From assembly GCA_041690135.1 (NCBI GenBank), contig JAWLHY010000007.1, positions 224,001-288,000 on the forward strand: a stretch of DNA of 64,000 bases, written 5' to 3'. Source of the stretch: Armatimonadota bacterium. Lineage in GTDB: Bacteria > Armatimonadota > SYMT01. Shown here piece after piece: positions 18,738 to 27,818 of this stretch. A model generated the notes under the pieces. That model was not told where the DNA came from and did no database searches. It saw nothing but the letters and a program-made list of their open reading frames with translations. How positions within the stretch are numbered: position 1 is the stretch's first letter; each line of letters begins with the position of its first letter. A program made the position numbers and the translations under genes.

Positions 18738-20459
18738 TTACCGCTGCTTGACAGGGGATGTAATGTCCAGCCCGCGAGGTTTCAAACCCGGCAAAGGGTC
18801 CACGCCCGGGAGCGGCAGGTGGACGATGGCATGTTCGCCCGGCAAACCTGCTTCGACTTCCACGGAGACCACGGCGCCTCCCTGTCCTGGGAAATCGTGG
18901 ATTGTGGTCCCGAGCCGCGCATGGTAGCGAGCCGGATCGGTATGGGCCGGCAGAAGACGGCGGGCGGTAGCCCGGTCTTCCGGGCTCAACTGGTCCCAGC
19001 GCACCCCACGGTTCAGGACCGCGTTCCGCGCTGCCGGGCTCAGATGCGCGGAAACACGCACGGCGCGCTGCCAGCTTTCCATGGAGCGTTCGAGGAAGCC
19101 CGCACTCTGCGCCTGGAGCATGGTGAGGCCGGCGAGCGCCCTGAGATCGCCGGATTCCAGGCGATCGGAGCGCCGCAGTGACGCCGCCAACTGCTCGGAG
19201 AGCCAGGCGGGTAGAATGGCTGCGGACTCCCAAAGCCAACGCCGGCTCCGGATCTGCGCCGTGTTCCCATTCCGCCACCAGAAGCTGCTCGCGTGGAGTG
19301 GCTGCGCTCCTCGGCGGGGGAGCGGATAACAGAGCGCGTCGAGAGCTTCTCGGGGGGTCGTCTTCTCTATACCTTCGAAAGCTTCTCGCGGGTGCCGCCC
19401 GATCCCTTCGAGGTAATTGGGGTAGCAGTCGGCATAGATGGCGAGTCCACTGGCCTCGGAGAGCCGTCCCAGGGCTCCGATCCAGTCACCCTTGCGGGTG
19501 CCGGGAGAGCGAGGCACCTCCACGGCCCGGTCGAACAGGTCCGCCCCCGTTGTTACCGAACGGACACCCTCGCCGGCGGCCCGTTCTGGTTGGATCGGTC
19601 GCCTCCCGGCATAGAGCCGCAGGCCCTCTGCCTCCAACCCGCTGCCTTCCACGGTAACCCAGGGCCACCAGGTACCCTGGGGAGACTGGAGGCCGACAGT
19701 CGCCTGGGGTCCGTTTCGCAGCATTATTTCGGCGGTTACCGTGCACTCTCGCGCATCCGGCGGAGGCTCGCCCTCGCCACCCAGGCGAATATCGAACTCG
19801 CCACCGGGTTGCCGCTGGGCTCGGAACGCTTGCGCGAACGCTTGAAACTTGGCATGTTGTGCGTCGAGCACCGGCTGCATCTGCGCCGCGATTCGCCTCT
19901 GCGGGTCGGCCGGTAGTGCGCCGATTGGGAAGTAGGCGAAGTTCTCCCGCAACAGCTCGCCGCCCCGGGCGTCGATGAGCGGAACGAAAGTGCGGAACAG
20001 CGGCGCCCATTCATTGGGCTTCTCACCCAGGGGCGGCCGGGGATCTTTCAAGCGCTGCGCGAGGCGCTCCAGCACTTCGCGAACCGCCTTTTCGCGCAGC
20101 ACGCGTTCTTCGCGCGCTCGGGCCGGTGGTTTATAGAGCCGATACGCCGGCCGCTCACCCGAACCACGAGACCATTCGAGGCGGTAGTGTTCCGCTATGC
20201 GCGCCATGACTTCCGTCAGGGGGGCATCGGGAACGAACGCGACCAGGCGCTCGTCGCCAACGACACCGTCCGCCCGCAGGGCAACTCCGGTATGGTCGCT
20301 CAGCCGCGCGAGAACACGGCTGACCGGAATGCCCTCCGCCCGAAGGGAAATCCGGGTTGCCAGCCGGACATCATCCGCCGCGTTCGGCGGAAGCGGCGCC
20401 GCGGCCACCGCGGGCCCCACGCAAGCCCCCACCAGCAACAGTCCGCCAAGCGTCTTCAC
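18738..20459 (-). CDS. Exported hypothetical protein with STN-like segments
   Basis: Signal peptide; DVRLATRISL..EGIPVSRVLARLSDHTGV and ALGRLSEASGLAIYAD resemble secretin/TonB N-terminal modules; RBS GGAGG. Confidence 0.75.
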   Translation of the reverse strand: MKTLGGLLLVGACVGPAVAAAPLPPNAADDVRLATRISLRAEGIPVSRVLARLSDHTGVALRADGVVGDERLVAFVPDAPLTEVMARIAEHYRLEWSRGSGERPAYRLYKPPARAREERVLREKAVREVLERLAQRLKDPRPPLGEKPNEWAPLFRTFVPLIDARGGELLRENFAYFPIGALPADPQRRIAAQMQPVLDAQHAKFQAFAQAFRAQRQPGGEFDIRLGGEGEPPPDARECTVTAEIMLRNGPQATVGLQSPQGTWWPWVTVEGSGLEAEGLRLYAGRRPIQPERAAGEGVRSVTTGADLFDRAVEVPRSPGTRKGDWIGALGRLSEASGLAIYADCYPNYLEGIGRHPREAFEGIEKTTPREALDALCYPLPRRGAQPLHASSFWWRNGNTAQIRSRRWLWESAAILPAWLSEQLAASLRRSDRLESGDLRALAGLTMLQAQSAGFLERSMESWQRAVRVSAHLSPAARNAVLNRGVRWDQLSPEDRATARRLLPAHTDPARYHARLGTTIHDFPGQGGAVVSVEVEAGLPGEHAIVHLPLPGVDPLPGLKPRGLDITSPVKQR

Positions 20460-20580
20460 TGTGTCACCTCCGTTACGGCAACACAGACGTGGCCGAGGAC
20501 GTCCGGGTTTCGCCGCCGAGCACCTTTTCGGCGGCGAATTTTACGCGCGCACCTTGATGGGGGTGAACGCCGAACACGAC

Positions 20581-20616
20581 GGATCCCGGGCTCACCGGCC
20601 GGCGAGCCCGGGATCC
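20581..20616 (-). terminator. Strong hairpin downstream of selO
   Basis: 13-bp stem GGATCCCGGGCTC / GAGCCCGGGATCC. Confidence 0.55.
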
Positions 20617-20629
20617 GCGCTCGTTGCGA

Positions 20630-22231
20630 TTATGAGCTGCACGAAAGCGTGGCGCACCCCGGCTTGTCGCGCGCCCAGGCGGGTCGCTTTGCGGCGAGCT
20701 CTTCGTGTTCCGGCTGCTCTTCGAACGGGTTCCGGAGTACGTGCATCAATCGTTCCAGTGGGGCGAGGTCTCCTGCCTCGGCCGCCTCGATGGCGAGCTG
20801 TGCCAGGTAGTTTCGCAGCACGTACTTCGGGTTGGCGCTCAGCATCTCGTCGCGCACGGTTTCAGGAGGCCGGCCGTCGGTCCGCAGCCGTTGGACATAG
20901 TCTTTCCACCATTCCCGCAGCAGTGCCGGCTCGGAGGGTCCTTCATTGTAGGAGCTCGCGTCCAGCACGGTCTGGAACGCCTGTTCCTCTCCCTCCGGAG
21001 CCGCCAGGAGTTCCGCGGCAGCATGGGAAAGGGAGCGGAAGAAGAGAGTCATGTCGACCCGAGCGGCGGCAAGCGTGGTGTCGAGTCTTTCCAGCAGCGC
21101 TTCGTCCGTTTCGATCTCTCCCGTTTGCAGTCCGAGCTTCCGTAGGAAGAATGCCCGACGGGTTTCCAGGAAGGTCTCGCGGTACCGCTGCAGCCCCTGC
21201 TCCAGGCCGGCGGTGCCAGAGATGAGCGGACTCAGGGCTCTCGCCAGCATCGTCAGGTTCCAGAGACCCACGCCGGGCTGCTGCCCGAAGGCATAGCGCC
21301 GATAACCGAAATCGGTGGTGTTCGGGGTCCAGTCCGGTTCGTACGGCTCCAGCCAGCCATAGGGTCCGTAGTCGATCGTAATGCCCAGGATCGACATGTT
21401 GTCGGTGTTCATCACCCCGTGGACGAAGCCCACGGTCATCCAGTGCGCAATCATCACGGCCGTGCGCCGGCACACTTCCTCGAACCAGCGCAGGTAAGTT
21501 TCTTCCGAAGGCGCGCCGAGTTCCGGATAGAAATGCTGGAGCGTGTAATCCGCCAGCGCGCGCAGGTTCTCGAGCTCTCCCGCCGCCGTCATGATCTCGA
21601 AATTACCGAAACGGATGAACGTGGGGGAGACCCGGGCGACGACGGCTCCCGGCTCGGGCTGGGGGTTGCCGCTGTAGAACATGTCCCGCACGACCGTGTC
21701 GCCGGTTGCGACGAGGCTGAGTGCGCGCGTCGTCGGGACCCCCAACCAGTGCATGGCCTCGCTGCAGAGGAACTCCCGTAGGGACGACCGCAGGACCGCG
21801 CGCCCATCCGCATGGCGCGAGTAGGGGGTGCGGCCGGCGCCCTTGAGCTGGATCTCCCAGCGGCTGCCGTCCCGGGCATCCACCTCTCCCAGGGTGATCG
21901 CCCGGCCGTCGCCGAGCTGTCCCGCCCAGCTTCCGAACTGGTGGCCTCCATACCGGGCCGCGAACGGTTTCATGGAGGAAGTGATCCGGTTTCCGGCGAG
22001 CAAGTCCACGGAGAGATCGCGTTCGGCGGGTCGTTCCAGCCCCAGGTACGCACCGAACTCTTCGGACCAGGCGAGCAGGCGCGGGTCGGAGACCGGTGTG
22101 GGCGTTACCCGCGAATAGCAGGCGCCGGGCACCTGGCGGGAGCGGAGGTCCCCGGAAGCTTCGCCGGGCAGCTCTTCCACGAAGGAGTTGTGGAACTCTA
22201 CTTCGTGCAGCGGTCGGGTCGTTTCGTTCAT
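20630..22231 (-). CDS. selO: Protein adenylyltransferase SelO/YdiU (Cys form)
   Basis: YGGHQFG..AGQLGDGRA, QLKGAGRTPYSR.ADGRAVLRSS, GFVHGVMNTDNMSI, DYGPY; C-terminus CATLSCSS ending in TAA. Confidence 0.96.
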   Translation of the reverse strand: MNETTRPLHEVEFHNSFVEELPGEASGDLRSRQVPGACYSRVTPTPVSDPRLLAWSEEFGAYLGLERPAERDLSVDLLAGNRITSSMKPFAARYGGHQFGSWAGQLGDGRAITLGEVDARDGSRWEIQLKGAGRTPYSRHADGRAVLRSSLREFLCSEAMHWLGVPTTRALSLVATGDTVVRDMFYSGNPQPEPGAVVARVSPTFIRFGNFEIMTAAGELENLRALADYTLQHFYPELGAPSEETYLRWFEEVCRRTAVMIAHWMTVGFVHGVMNTDNMSILGITIDYGPYGWLEPYEPDWTPNTTDFGYRRYAFGQQPGVGLWNLTMLARALSPLISGTAGLEQGLQRYRETFLETRRAFFLRKLGLQTGEIETDEALLERLDTTLAAARVDMTLFFRSLSHAAAELLAAPEGEEQAFQTVLDASSYNEGPSEPALLREWWKDYVQRLRTDGRPPETVRDEMLSANPKYVLRNYLAQLAIEAAEAGDLAPLERLMHVLRNPFEEQPEHEELAAKRPAWARDKPGCATLSCSS

Positions 22232-22302
22232 AGTCCCTGTTATACCGTTCCGCCCCGTTTGTCTACGCAGGATCCGCCGGTAACAGGGTGCGAGTCGCCG
22301 TT

Positions 22303-22551
22303 TCAGGCGGCCTGTGGGTCCGCTTCCGCTTCTGGAGACTCTTCCAGGGGGCGAGTGGAGCCGTCCGGATAGAGCATCATGATTCGGCCTTCTTGCCAGA
22401 TGGCCACGGGGCGGCCGTCCCGATGGTGCTCGGCAATGGCATCCCGAACCCCTTCATTTCCGACCCGCACGACGGTCTCCGCGAAGGCGTGGACATCATT
22501 CTTCCAGTCGGTCCTGCCGTTGCGCTTCGCATGCCCGTTGGAATTCATCAT
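22303..22551 (-). CDS. Small protein paired with a zeta-toxin-like ATPase (putative antitoxin)
   Basis: VRDAIAEHHRDGRPVAIWQEGRI pattern; overlaps the 3' end of the ATPase gene. Confidence 0.75.
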   Translation of the reverse strand: MMNSNGHAKRNGRTDWKNDVHAFAETVVRVGNEGVRDAIAEHHRDGRPVAIWQEGRIMMLYPDGSTRPLEESPEAEADPQAA

Positions 22552-23116
22552 AGGTCTCCACTGCATAAATGCTTGTCGCGATATCCCGACCGCCTTCGGC
22601 TATCGTCACCAGTTCTGTCGATGCATTGTCGCACAAAACCCAGGCGTCTGCTAGCGGACGGTAGAGGAGGGCGAAGTTGCGCATCCCCCGGTAGTAGCGA
22701 CGGGTGATGACGTCGGGCGGGATGGAATGTCCGCCCTTCCGTACGCGCGCCGCTACCCGGAGGTGCGCCAGTTCGGGGCTCGGTAGCCACACGTACACCA
22801 AGTGAACGCGATAGCCGAGGTCCTGGCGGAGCCGTCGGAGAAAGGGGGCAAAGGTTCGCGACGCAAGCGTGGTTTCGAAGGCGAAGTTCTGGCGGGTGTT
22901 CGCCAATTCTTCCAGGCGCGTCAGCATGACCCGCCCCGCCTGGAGAGCCACCTCTTCCGGTGCGAACGCCGAGAGCCCGGCCGCGATTGTGTCGGCATTA
23001 ACGTAGTGCCGCAGATCCAGGCCGTGCGGCAGAAACCGGGTGGCGGAAGTCGTCTTGCCAGCGCCGTTCGGCCCGCCCACTACCACGACAATGGGGCGGT
23101 CATCCAGGGAATTCAT
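22496..23116 (-). CDS. Zeta-toxin-like P-loop ATPase/kinase (COG4185-type)
   Basis: GGPNGAGKTT, VNADTIA, FAFETTLAS, RVAARVRKGGHSIP; ATG at 23116 with GGAG RBS. Confidence 0.9.
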   Translation of the reverse strand: MNSLDDRPIVVVVGGPNGAGKTTSATRFLPHGLDLRHYVNADTIAAGLSAFAPEEVALQAGRVMLTRLEELANTRQNFAFETTLASRTFAPFLRRLRQDLGYRVHLVYVWLPSPELAHLRVAARVRKGGHSIPPDVITRRYYRGMRNFALLYRPLADAWVLCDNASTELVTIAEGGRDIATSIYAVETYDEFQRACEAQRQDRLEE

Positions 23117-23299
23117 ACCGTTCTCCTGCCCGTGGCTACGGTCTATTTCTAGCCCGAAACGGCTTCTACGGCCACCTGCGTCGCGGTCGGCACGTCGACA
23201 GGGGAGGGGGAGGGCGTTCGGCGGGTCGAACGGCATCTCAAGCCGGAGCCCAGCGGCAGCGTTGGGTGACCGATTTCTCACGACCCAACGAACACCCCC

Positions 23300-23959
23300 A
23301 TGGACAACCTGGACCCCTACCGCCCCGCCGCTTTCGGTGCGGATTACCAGCTCACGGGCTTCCCACGAGACGAGGCCGGCAACCTCCTCTACACCTCCGG
23401 AAAGGGCGAAGAATACGACGCCTATTTGAGTTGGTTGGCCGACTACCTTGTCAGTGTCGAAGCCAAGCCGTCCGCGCGGCAGGAGGCGCTTTGCGAACGC
23501 TATCGTACCGTGGCGCCGGCGGCCGCAATGGGGAGCCTGGGGATGTGGGTGGCCGAGTACCAGGATTACCGCGAAGAGATTCGCAGCGCCGTCGACGCAG
23601 TCCAGAGCGGGCCGTGGCTTGACTGTTCGGATGCCGCGATTCAGGCGGTCCGGGCCGAGCTCGCCTCCTGGTGGGAAGAACAGGCAGCGTACGATGAGGA
23701 TGAAGACGACGATGAGGACGGGGAAGAAGCAGACGCCGATGAGAATGAGCGGACCCTTCCCACGGAGGACGACATCCGCGTCGTCATCGGCGAAATGCGG
23801 CAACTGGAGGCGAATTTCGCTCCCGCCACGCGAGATTTCCTGGACCTGGGGTGGCGCGTCCCGTTGGCCCAGATCCTGAAGTGCATTCCCGACCGCGAGG
23901 AGCGAGTGCGCCTGCTCGATGAGTTTTTCACTTCCTATCGCGAAGAAGCGGGCAAGTAG
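23300..23959 (+). CDS. Hypothetical acidic protein
   Basis: 219-aa ORF with GC3-biased codons and an Asp/Glu-rich tract; no family recognised. Confidence 0.7.
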   Translation: MDNLDPYRPAAFGADYQLTGFPRDEAGNLLYTSGKGEEYDAYLSWLADYLVSVEAKPSARQEALCERYRTVAPAAAMGSLGMWVAEYQDYREEIRSAVDAVQSGPWLDCSDAAIQAVRAELASWWEEQAAYDEDEDDDEDGEEADADENERTLPTEDDIRVVIGEMRQLEANFAPATRDFLDLGWRVPLAQILKCIPDREERVRLLDEFFTSYREEAGK

Positions 23960-24191
23960 CCGGTGGGAAGAAACATGTGATCTTGTGTTTGATATTCCGA
24001 CTATCTGGGCTGAGATACTTCACTCACTGCGAGCGATCCTGTGGCGGATCCGCGGACGCGTCGAGAGGAAGAGGTACAGCCATGCTGAACAGAGGTAGCA
24101 CGCGGAAATTTGCTCGTGCCGAGAGTCGCACCTGGGCCGGGGTAGAGAACGGAGCTTTCCCGCTTGCGGGTCGATCCACTGGAGTAGGCGC

Positions 24192-25442
24192 GTGATGGGA
24201 GCCATCGGACATGTGCGCGAAACGGTGGATCAACTCTACCGGACGGAATCGCGACGGGTGCTGGCCACCCTGATCCGCCTGCTCGGTGATTTCGATGTCG
24301 CCGAAGACGCCCTCCACGATGCCTTTGCGGCCGCTCTGCGCCAGTGGGAGCGTGATGGGGTGCCCGCCAACCCGCGGGCCTGGCTCGTTTCCACGGGGCG
24401 TTTCAAGGCGATCGACGGTCTCCGGAGGCGTGCCCGGTTCGATGCCTCGCTGGCCGAACTGGCGAAACAGATTGATGACGCCACGGAGGACCCCACCGAT
24501 TGGGACGACGACCGCGTCGAAGATGACCGTTTGCGCCTGATTTTCACTTGTTGCCATCCGGCTCTGCCGGCGGAAGCGCGGGTGGCGCTGACGCTGCGAG
24601 AGGTGTGTGGTCTCACCACGGAGGAGATTGCCCGGGCCTTCCTCACCACGCCGAGCACGCTGGCGCAGCGAATCGTGCGGGCGAAGAAGAAGATCCGTGA
24701 GGCGAAAATTCCCTATCAGGTTCCTTCCCGAGCGGATCTTCCGGACCGCCTGGACGGGGTGTTGGACGTGCTCTACCTGGTGTTCAACGAGGGATACTCC
24801 GCCTCGTTCGGCGAGTCCGTGACACGGGCGGACCTTTCGGGTGAAGCGATCCGCCTGGGCCGATTGCTCCTCCAGTTGCTTCCGGAGCCGGAGGTATTGG
24901 GACTTCAGGCGTTGATGCTGCTGCACGAGTCGCGCCGGGTGGCGCGGACCTCACCGGAGGGGGACCTGGTGCTGCTGGGTGACCAGGACCGTTCGCTCTG
25001 GAACCGGGAGCAGATCGCCGAAGGCACGGCACTTGTGCGGCGGGCGCTGTCGGCGCCGCAGATCGGTCACTACACGGTCCAGGCGGCCATTGCGGCGGTG
25101 CACGCGGACGCCCCGTCTGCGGAAGAGACGGATTGGGCGCAGATCGTGGGGCTGTATGACTTGTTGGCACAGGCCGATTCCTCTCCAGTCGTTGCCCTGA
25201 ACCGCGCCGTGGCCGTCGCCATGCGGGATGGGCCCGCCGCTGGCCTGGCGCTGATCGAGGGTCTGCTTGCGGGTGGAGATCTGGTGGAATACCACCTGGC
25301 ACATTCCGCGCGCGCCGATTTTCTGCGCCGGTTGGGAAAGACCGCCGAGGCGGCCGCAGCCTACCGGAAGGCGCTCTCCCTTGCCCGGCAGGAACCCGAG
25401 CGTCGCTTCCTGGAGCGACGCCTGACGGAGTTGCAGGCCTGA
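24192..25442 (+). CDS. ECF sigma factor with C-terminal TPR-like extension (ECF42-type)
   Basis: AEDALHDAF, PANPRAWL, DDRLRLIFTCCHPAL, YLVFNEGY, DQDRSLW, QAAIAAVH, TDWAQIVGLY. Confidence 0.93.
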   Translation: MMGAIGHVRETVDQLYRTESRRVLATLIRLLGDFDVAEDALHDAFAAALRQWERDGVPANPRAWLVSTGRFKAIDGLRRRARFDASLAELAKQIDDATEDPTDWDDDRVEDDRLRLIFTCCHPALPAEARVALTLREVCGLTTEEIARAFLTTPSTLAQRIVRAKKKIREAKIPYQVPSRADLPDRLDGVLDVLYLVFNEGYSASFGESVTRADLSGEAIRLGRLLLQLLPEPEVLGLQALMLLHESRRVARTSPEGDLVLLGDQDRSLWNREQIAEGTALVRRALSAPQIGHYTVQAAIAAVHADAPSAEETDWAQIVGLYDLLAQADSSPVVALNRAVAVAMRDGPAAGLALIEGLLAGGDLVEYHLAHSARADFLRRLGKTAEAAAAYRKALSLARQEPERRFLERRLTELQA

Positions 25443-25550
25443 CGATGTGCCTGCAGGGAGCCAGCGTCAAGGCGTCCAATGGGGAAGAAGGCCGGCCTCT
25501 GGTGCCGTGCACCTGGCACCGTCTGATTATTTCCCGTAAAGGTCACCGAG

Positions 25551-26612
25551 ATGAAGGCCTTCATCACCGCCGCCGTCATGCTTGTCGGTCTCACAATCCT
25601 TCCCAGTAATGGAGAGCCCGTGCGTCGAACGGTCCGGCTGGAGGGCCGGGCCGCCGCCCTGGAAGTCGACCTCCAGGGTGGGGTCCTCACGGATTTCCAC
25701 CTGGCGGGCGACATGGTCAACCCACTGCGGGGTATGGGGCACTTCCTCTGCCTGGACCGCTGGGGACCGCCGTCGGAAGCCGAAGCGAAAAACGGGATGC
25801 CGTTCCACGGCGAGGCTTCGAAGGTGACCTGGAGGGTCACGCGCGCCCCCGAGCGGCGGAACGGCGGGGTGGAGGCGGAGATGTCGGCCGTGCTCCCGCT
25901 GGCCGGCCTGGAGGTGCGCCGGCAACTTCACCTCTCCGATGGCGCGGCGTTGCTGCAGGTGCGGGAGGAAGTCACCAATCGCAACCCGCTCGGGCGGATC
26001 TTCAACTGGGTCCAGCACCCCACCATCGGCGCGCCGTTTCTCGACCCCGAAACCGTCGTCGACGCGGGAGCCGGACGGGGGTTGATGCAGAGCAGCCCGC
26101 TTCCCAACCCGGAAGACCCCACCGTCCGCTGGCCGTACGCCCTCCACCAGGGAAAGCGGGTGGACCTCCGCCGACTGAAAGACGACCCAAACCCCAACGT
26201 CGTCTCTTTCGAGGTGCGGGGGCGTTACGGCTGGACCACGGCCTGTGCACCCGCGCAGCAGCGGCTTCTCGGCTACCTCTGGCCGGCCGCGGATTACCCC
26301 TGGTTCAGCGCCTGGCGGCATGTAGAGAACGGAAAACCCGCCCTACGCGGCCTGGAGTTCGGGACCACCGGCCTGCACCAGCCGTTTTCCGTGCTAGTGG
26401 CGAAGGGCCGCATCTTCGACCGCCCGCTCTACACTTACCTCGATGCCGGCGAGAGCATTACGCGCTCCTACGTGGCCTTCCTGCTGCGCACCCCACCCGC
26501 CTTCGCCGGGGTGAAGAGTGTCACCTATGAGAACGGGAAGCTCGTTTTGGAAGAGCGACGAACTTCCCGTCCGGAACGGCGGATTCTGCTGGAGACTGGA
26601 AGAGTGTTCTGA
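25551..26612 (+). CDS. Exported galactose-mutarotase/aldose-epimerase-like protein
   Basis: Signal peptide; GHFLCLDRWG, PFHGEA, NWVQHPT, GLEFGTTG. Confidence 0.75.
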   Translation: MKAFITAAVMLVGLTILPSNGEPVRRTVRLEGRAAALEVDLQGGVLTDFHLAGDMVNPLRGMGHFLCLDRWGPPSEAEAKNGMPFHGEASKVTWRVTRAPERRNGGVEAEMSAVLPLAGLEVRRQLHLSDGAALLQVREEVTNRNPLGRIFNWVQHPTIGAPFLDPETVVDAGAGRGLMQSSPLPNPEDPTVRWPYALHQGKRVDLRRLKDDPNPNVVSFEVRGRYGWTTACAPAQQRLLGYLWPAADYPWFSAWRHVENGKPALRGLEFGTTGLHQPFSVLVAKGRIFDRPLYTYLDAGESITRSYVAFLLRTPPAFAGVKSVTYENGKLVLEERRTSRPERRILLETGRVF

Positions 26613-26770
26613 TCCTTTTCCCAGTTCCCGATTCAGCGGAGCCTCGCGCCTCGGGATCGATTAGCAACAGGTGGGAAGACCCACCTCGATTGCCAAATCC
26701 CCATACAAGGCAGCGCATTTGCTCCCGAAAATCGGGAGGGGATATTTATGAATGAGAGGTGCATCCGGCG

Positions 26771-27790
26771 ATGGGGATCTACGAACACCTGACACAATTT
26801 GCCGGGCTGCCGGTGAAGGACTTCGATCCGGAGCGGGGGATCGAGGATCCGGCGGGGGCGGTTTACCGGATCCGGCACGAACCGCCACCTACCCCCAGCG
26901 CGGGGCAGGTGGTCCACGGCCTCGCCAGCCGCCTCGGCACCCTCTTTGGCCGGCGCCCTGGCCCCCCACCGCCGCCCCCTCCCGCGCCGCCGGACCCGCT
27001 GACCGTGTTCCTGGCAGACCCGAGGGCCGGAGAGGTTCCCGCGCTGGTCCTCGGTATGTGGGGCTTCATGCCCGATGCCAGGTCTGATCTGGATCGGATC
27101 GTGGCTCAATTGGCCGCCGGACGAGATCGTCTCCGGAGCCTGCGTGCCCTTTTCCTGGGCGATATCACCGCTGACGAGTGCGAGATTTCCTGGCTGGGCA
27201 GCACCGATCTTTCGCCGATCCTGCAGGCCTATCCGGACCTGGAACATCTTTGGATTCGAGGCGCCGAGGGTCTCGTCTTCGGCACGTTCCGCCATGCGAG
27301 TCTCAAGACCCTGGTCATCCAGTCCGGCGGGCTTCCCGGTGAGGTAACGCGCCAGGTCGCCGGCGCCAACCTGCCTGCACTGGAACACCTGGAGTTGTGG
27401 CTGGGTGAGGAGAACTACGGCGGCACGACCACACTGGCGGATCTCGCTCCCATCCTATCGGGTCAACACTTTCCCTTGCTGCGCACACTGGGGCTGCGAA
27501 ACGCCGAGCATGCCGACGAGATCGCGCGTGCCGTCGCCCAGGCCCCCATCACGGAGCGGCTTCGGGTTCTCGACCTCTCCATGGGAACACTGGGGGACTC
27601 CGGAGCCGAAGCCCTGTTGGCGAGCCCGTCGGTCCGGCGCCTGGAGAAGCTCGACCTCCACCACCACTACATCTCCGCCGGTCTTTCCCTCCGGCTGATG
27701 GAACTCGACGTGGAGGTCAATCTCAATGACAAACAGGAGGCCGACGAAGACGATGGCGAGCAATACCGCTACATCGCCGTCAGCGAGTGA
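26771..27790 (+). CDS. STM4015-family leucine-rich-repeat protein
   Basis: LRALFLGDI..ECEISW, LEHLELWLGEENYGG, LGLRN, LDLSMGTLGD, LDLHHHYIS; C-terminus RYIAVSE. Confidence 0.88.
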   Translation: MGIYEHLTQFAGLPVKDFDPERGIEDPAGAVYRIRHEPPPTPSAGQVVHGLASRLGTLFGRRPGPPPPPPPAPPDPLTVFLADPRAGEVPALVLGMWGFMPDARSDLDRIVAQLAAGRDRLRSLRALFLGDITADECEISWLGSTDLSPILQAYPDLEHLWIRGAEGLVFGTFRHASLKTLVIQSGGLPGEVTRQVAGANLPALEHLELWLGEENYGGTTTLADLAPILSGQHFPLLRTLGLRNAEHADEIARAVAQAPITERLRVLDLSMGTLGDSGAEALLASPSVRRLEKLDLHHHYISAGLSLRLMELDVEVNLNDKQEADEDDGEQYRYIAVSE

Positions 27791-27818
27791 ATGGCCGGCC
27801 CAAGCCATTCCGCCATCA

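Noticed and set aside
20630-20660. Selenocysteine recoding at the SelO C-terminus with the downstream hairpin as SECIS
   Set aside because: The gene encodes TGC (Cys) and stops at TAA; there is no in-frame TGA.
23117-23803. N-terminal extension of the 435-aa zeta-like ORF
   Set aside because: It is antisense to the 23300-23959 gene; the real start is ATG 23116 with an RBS.
26880-27000. Pro-rich insertion in the LRR protein as a repeat-element insertion
   Set aside because: Low-complexity linker with no match to the repeat families seen in this window.
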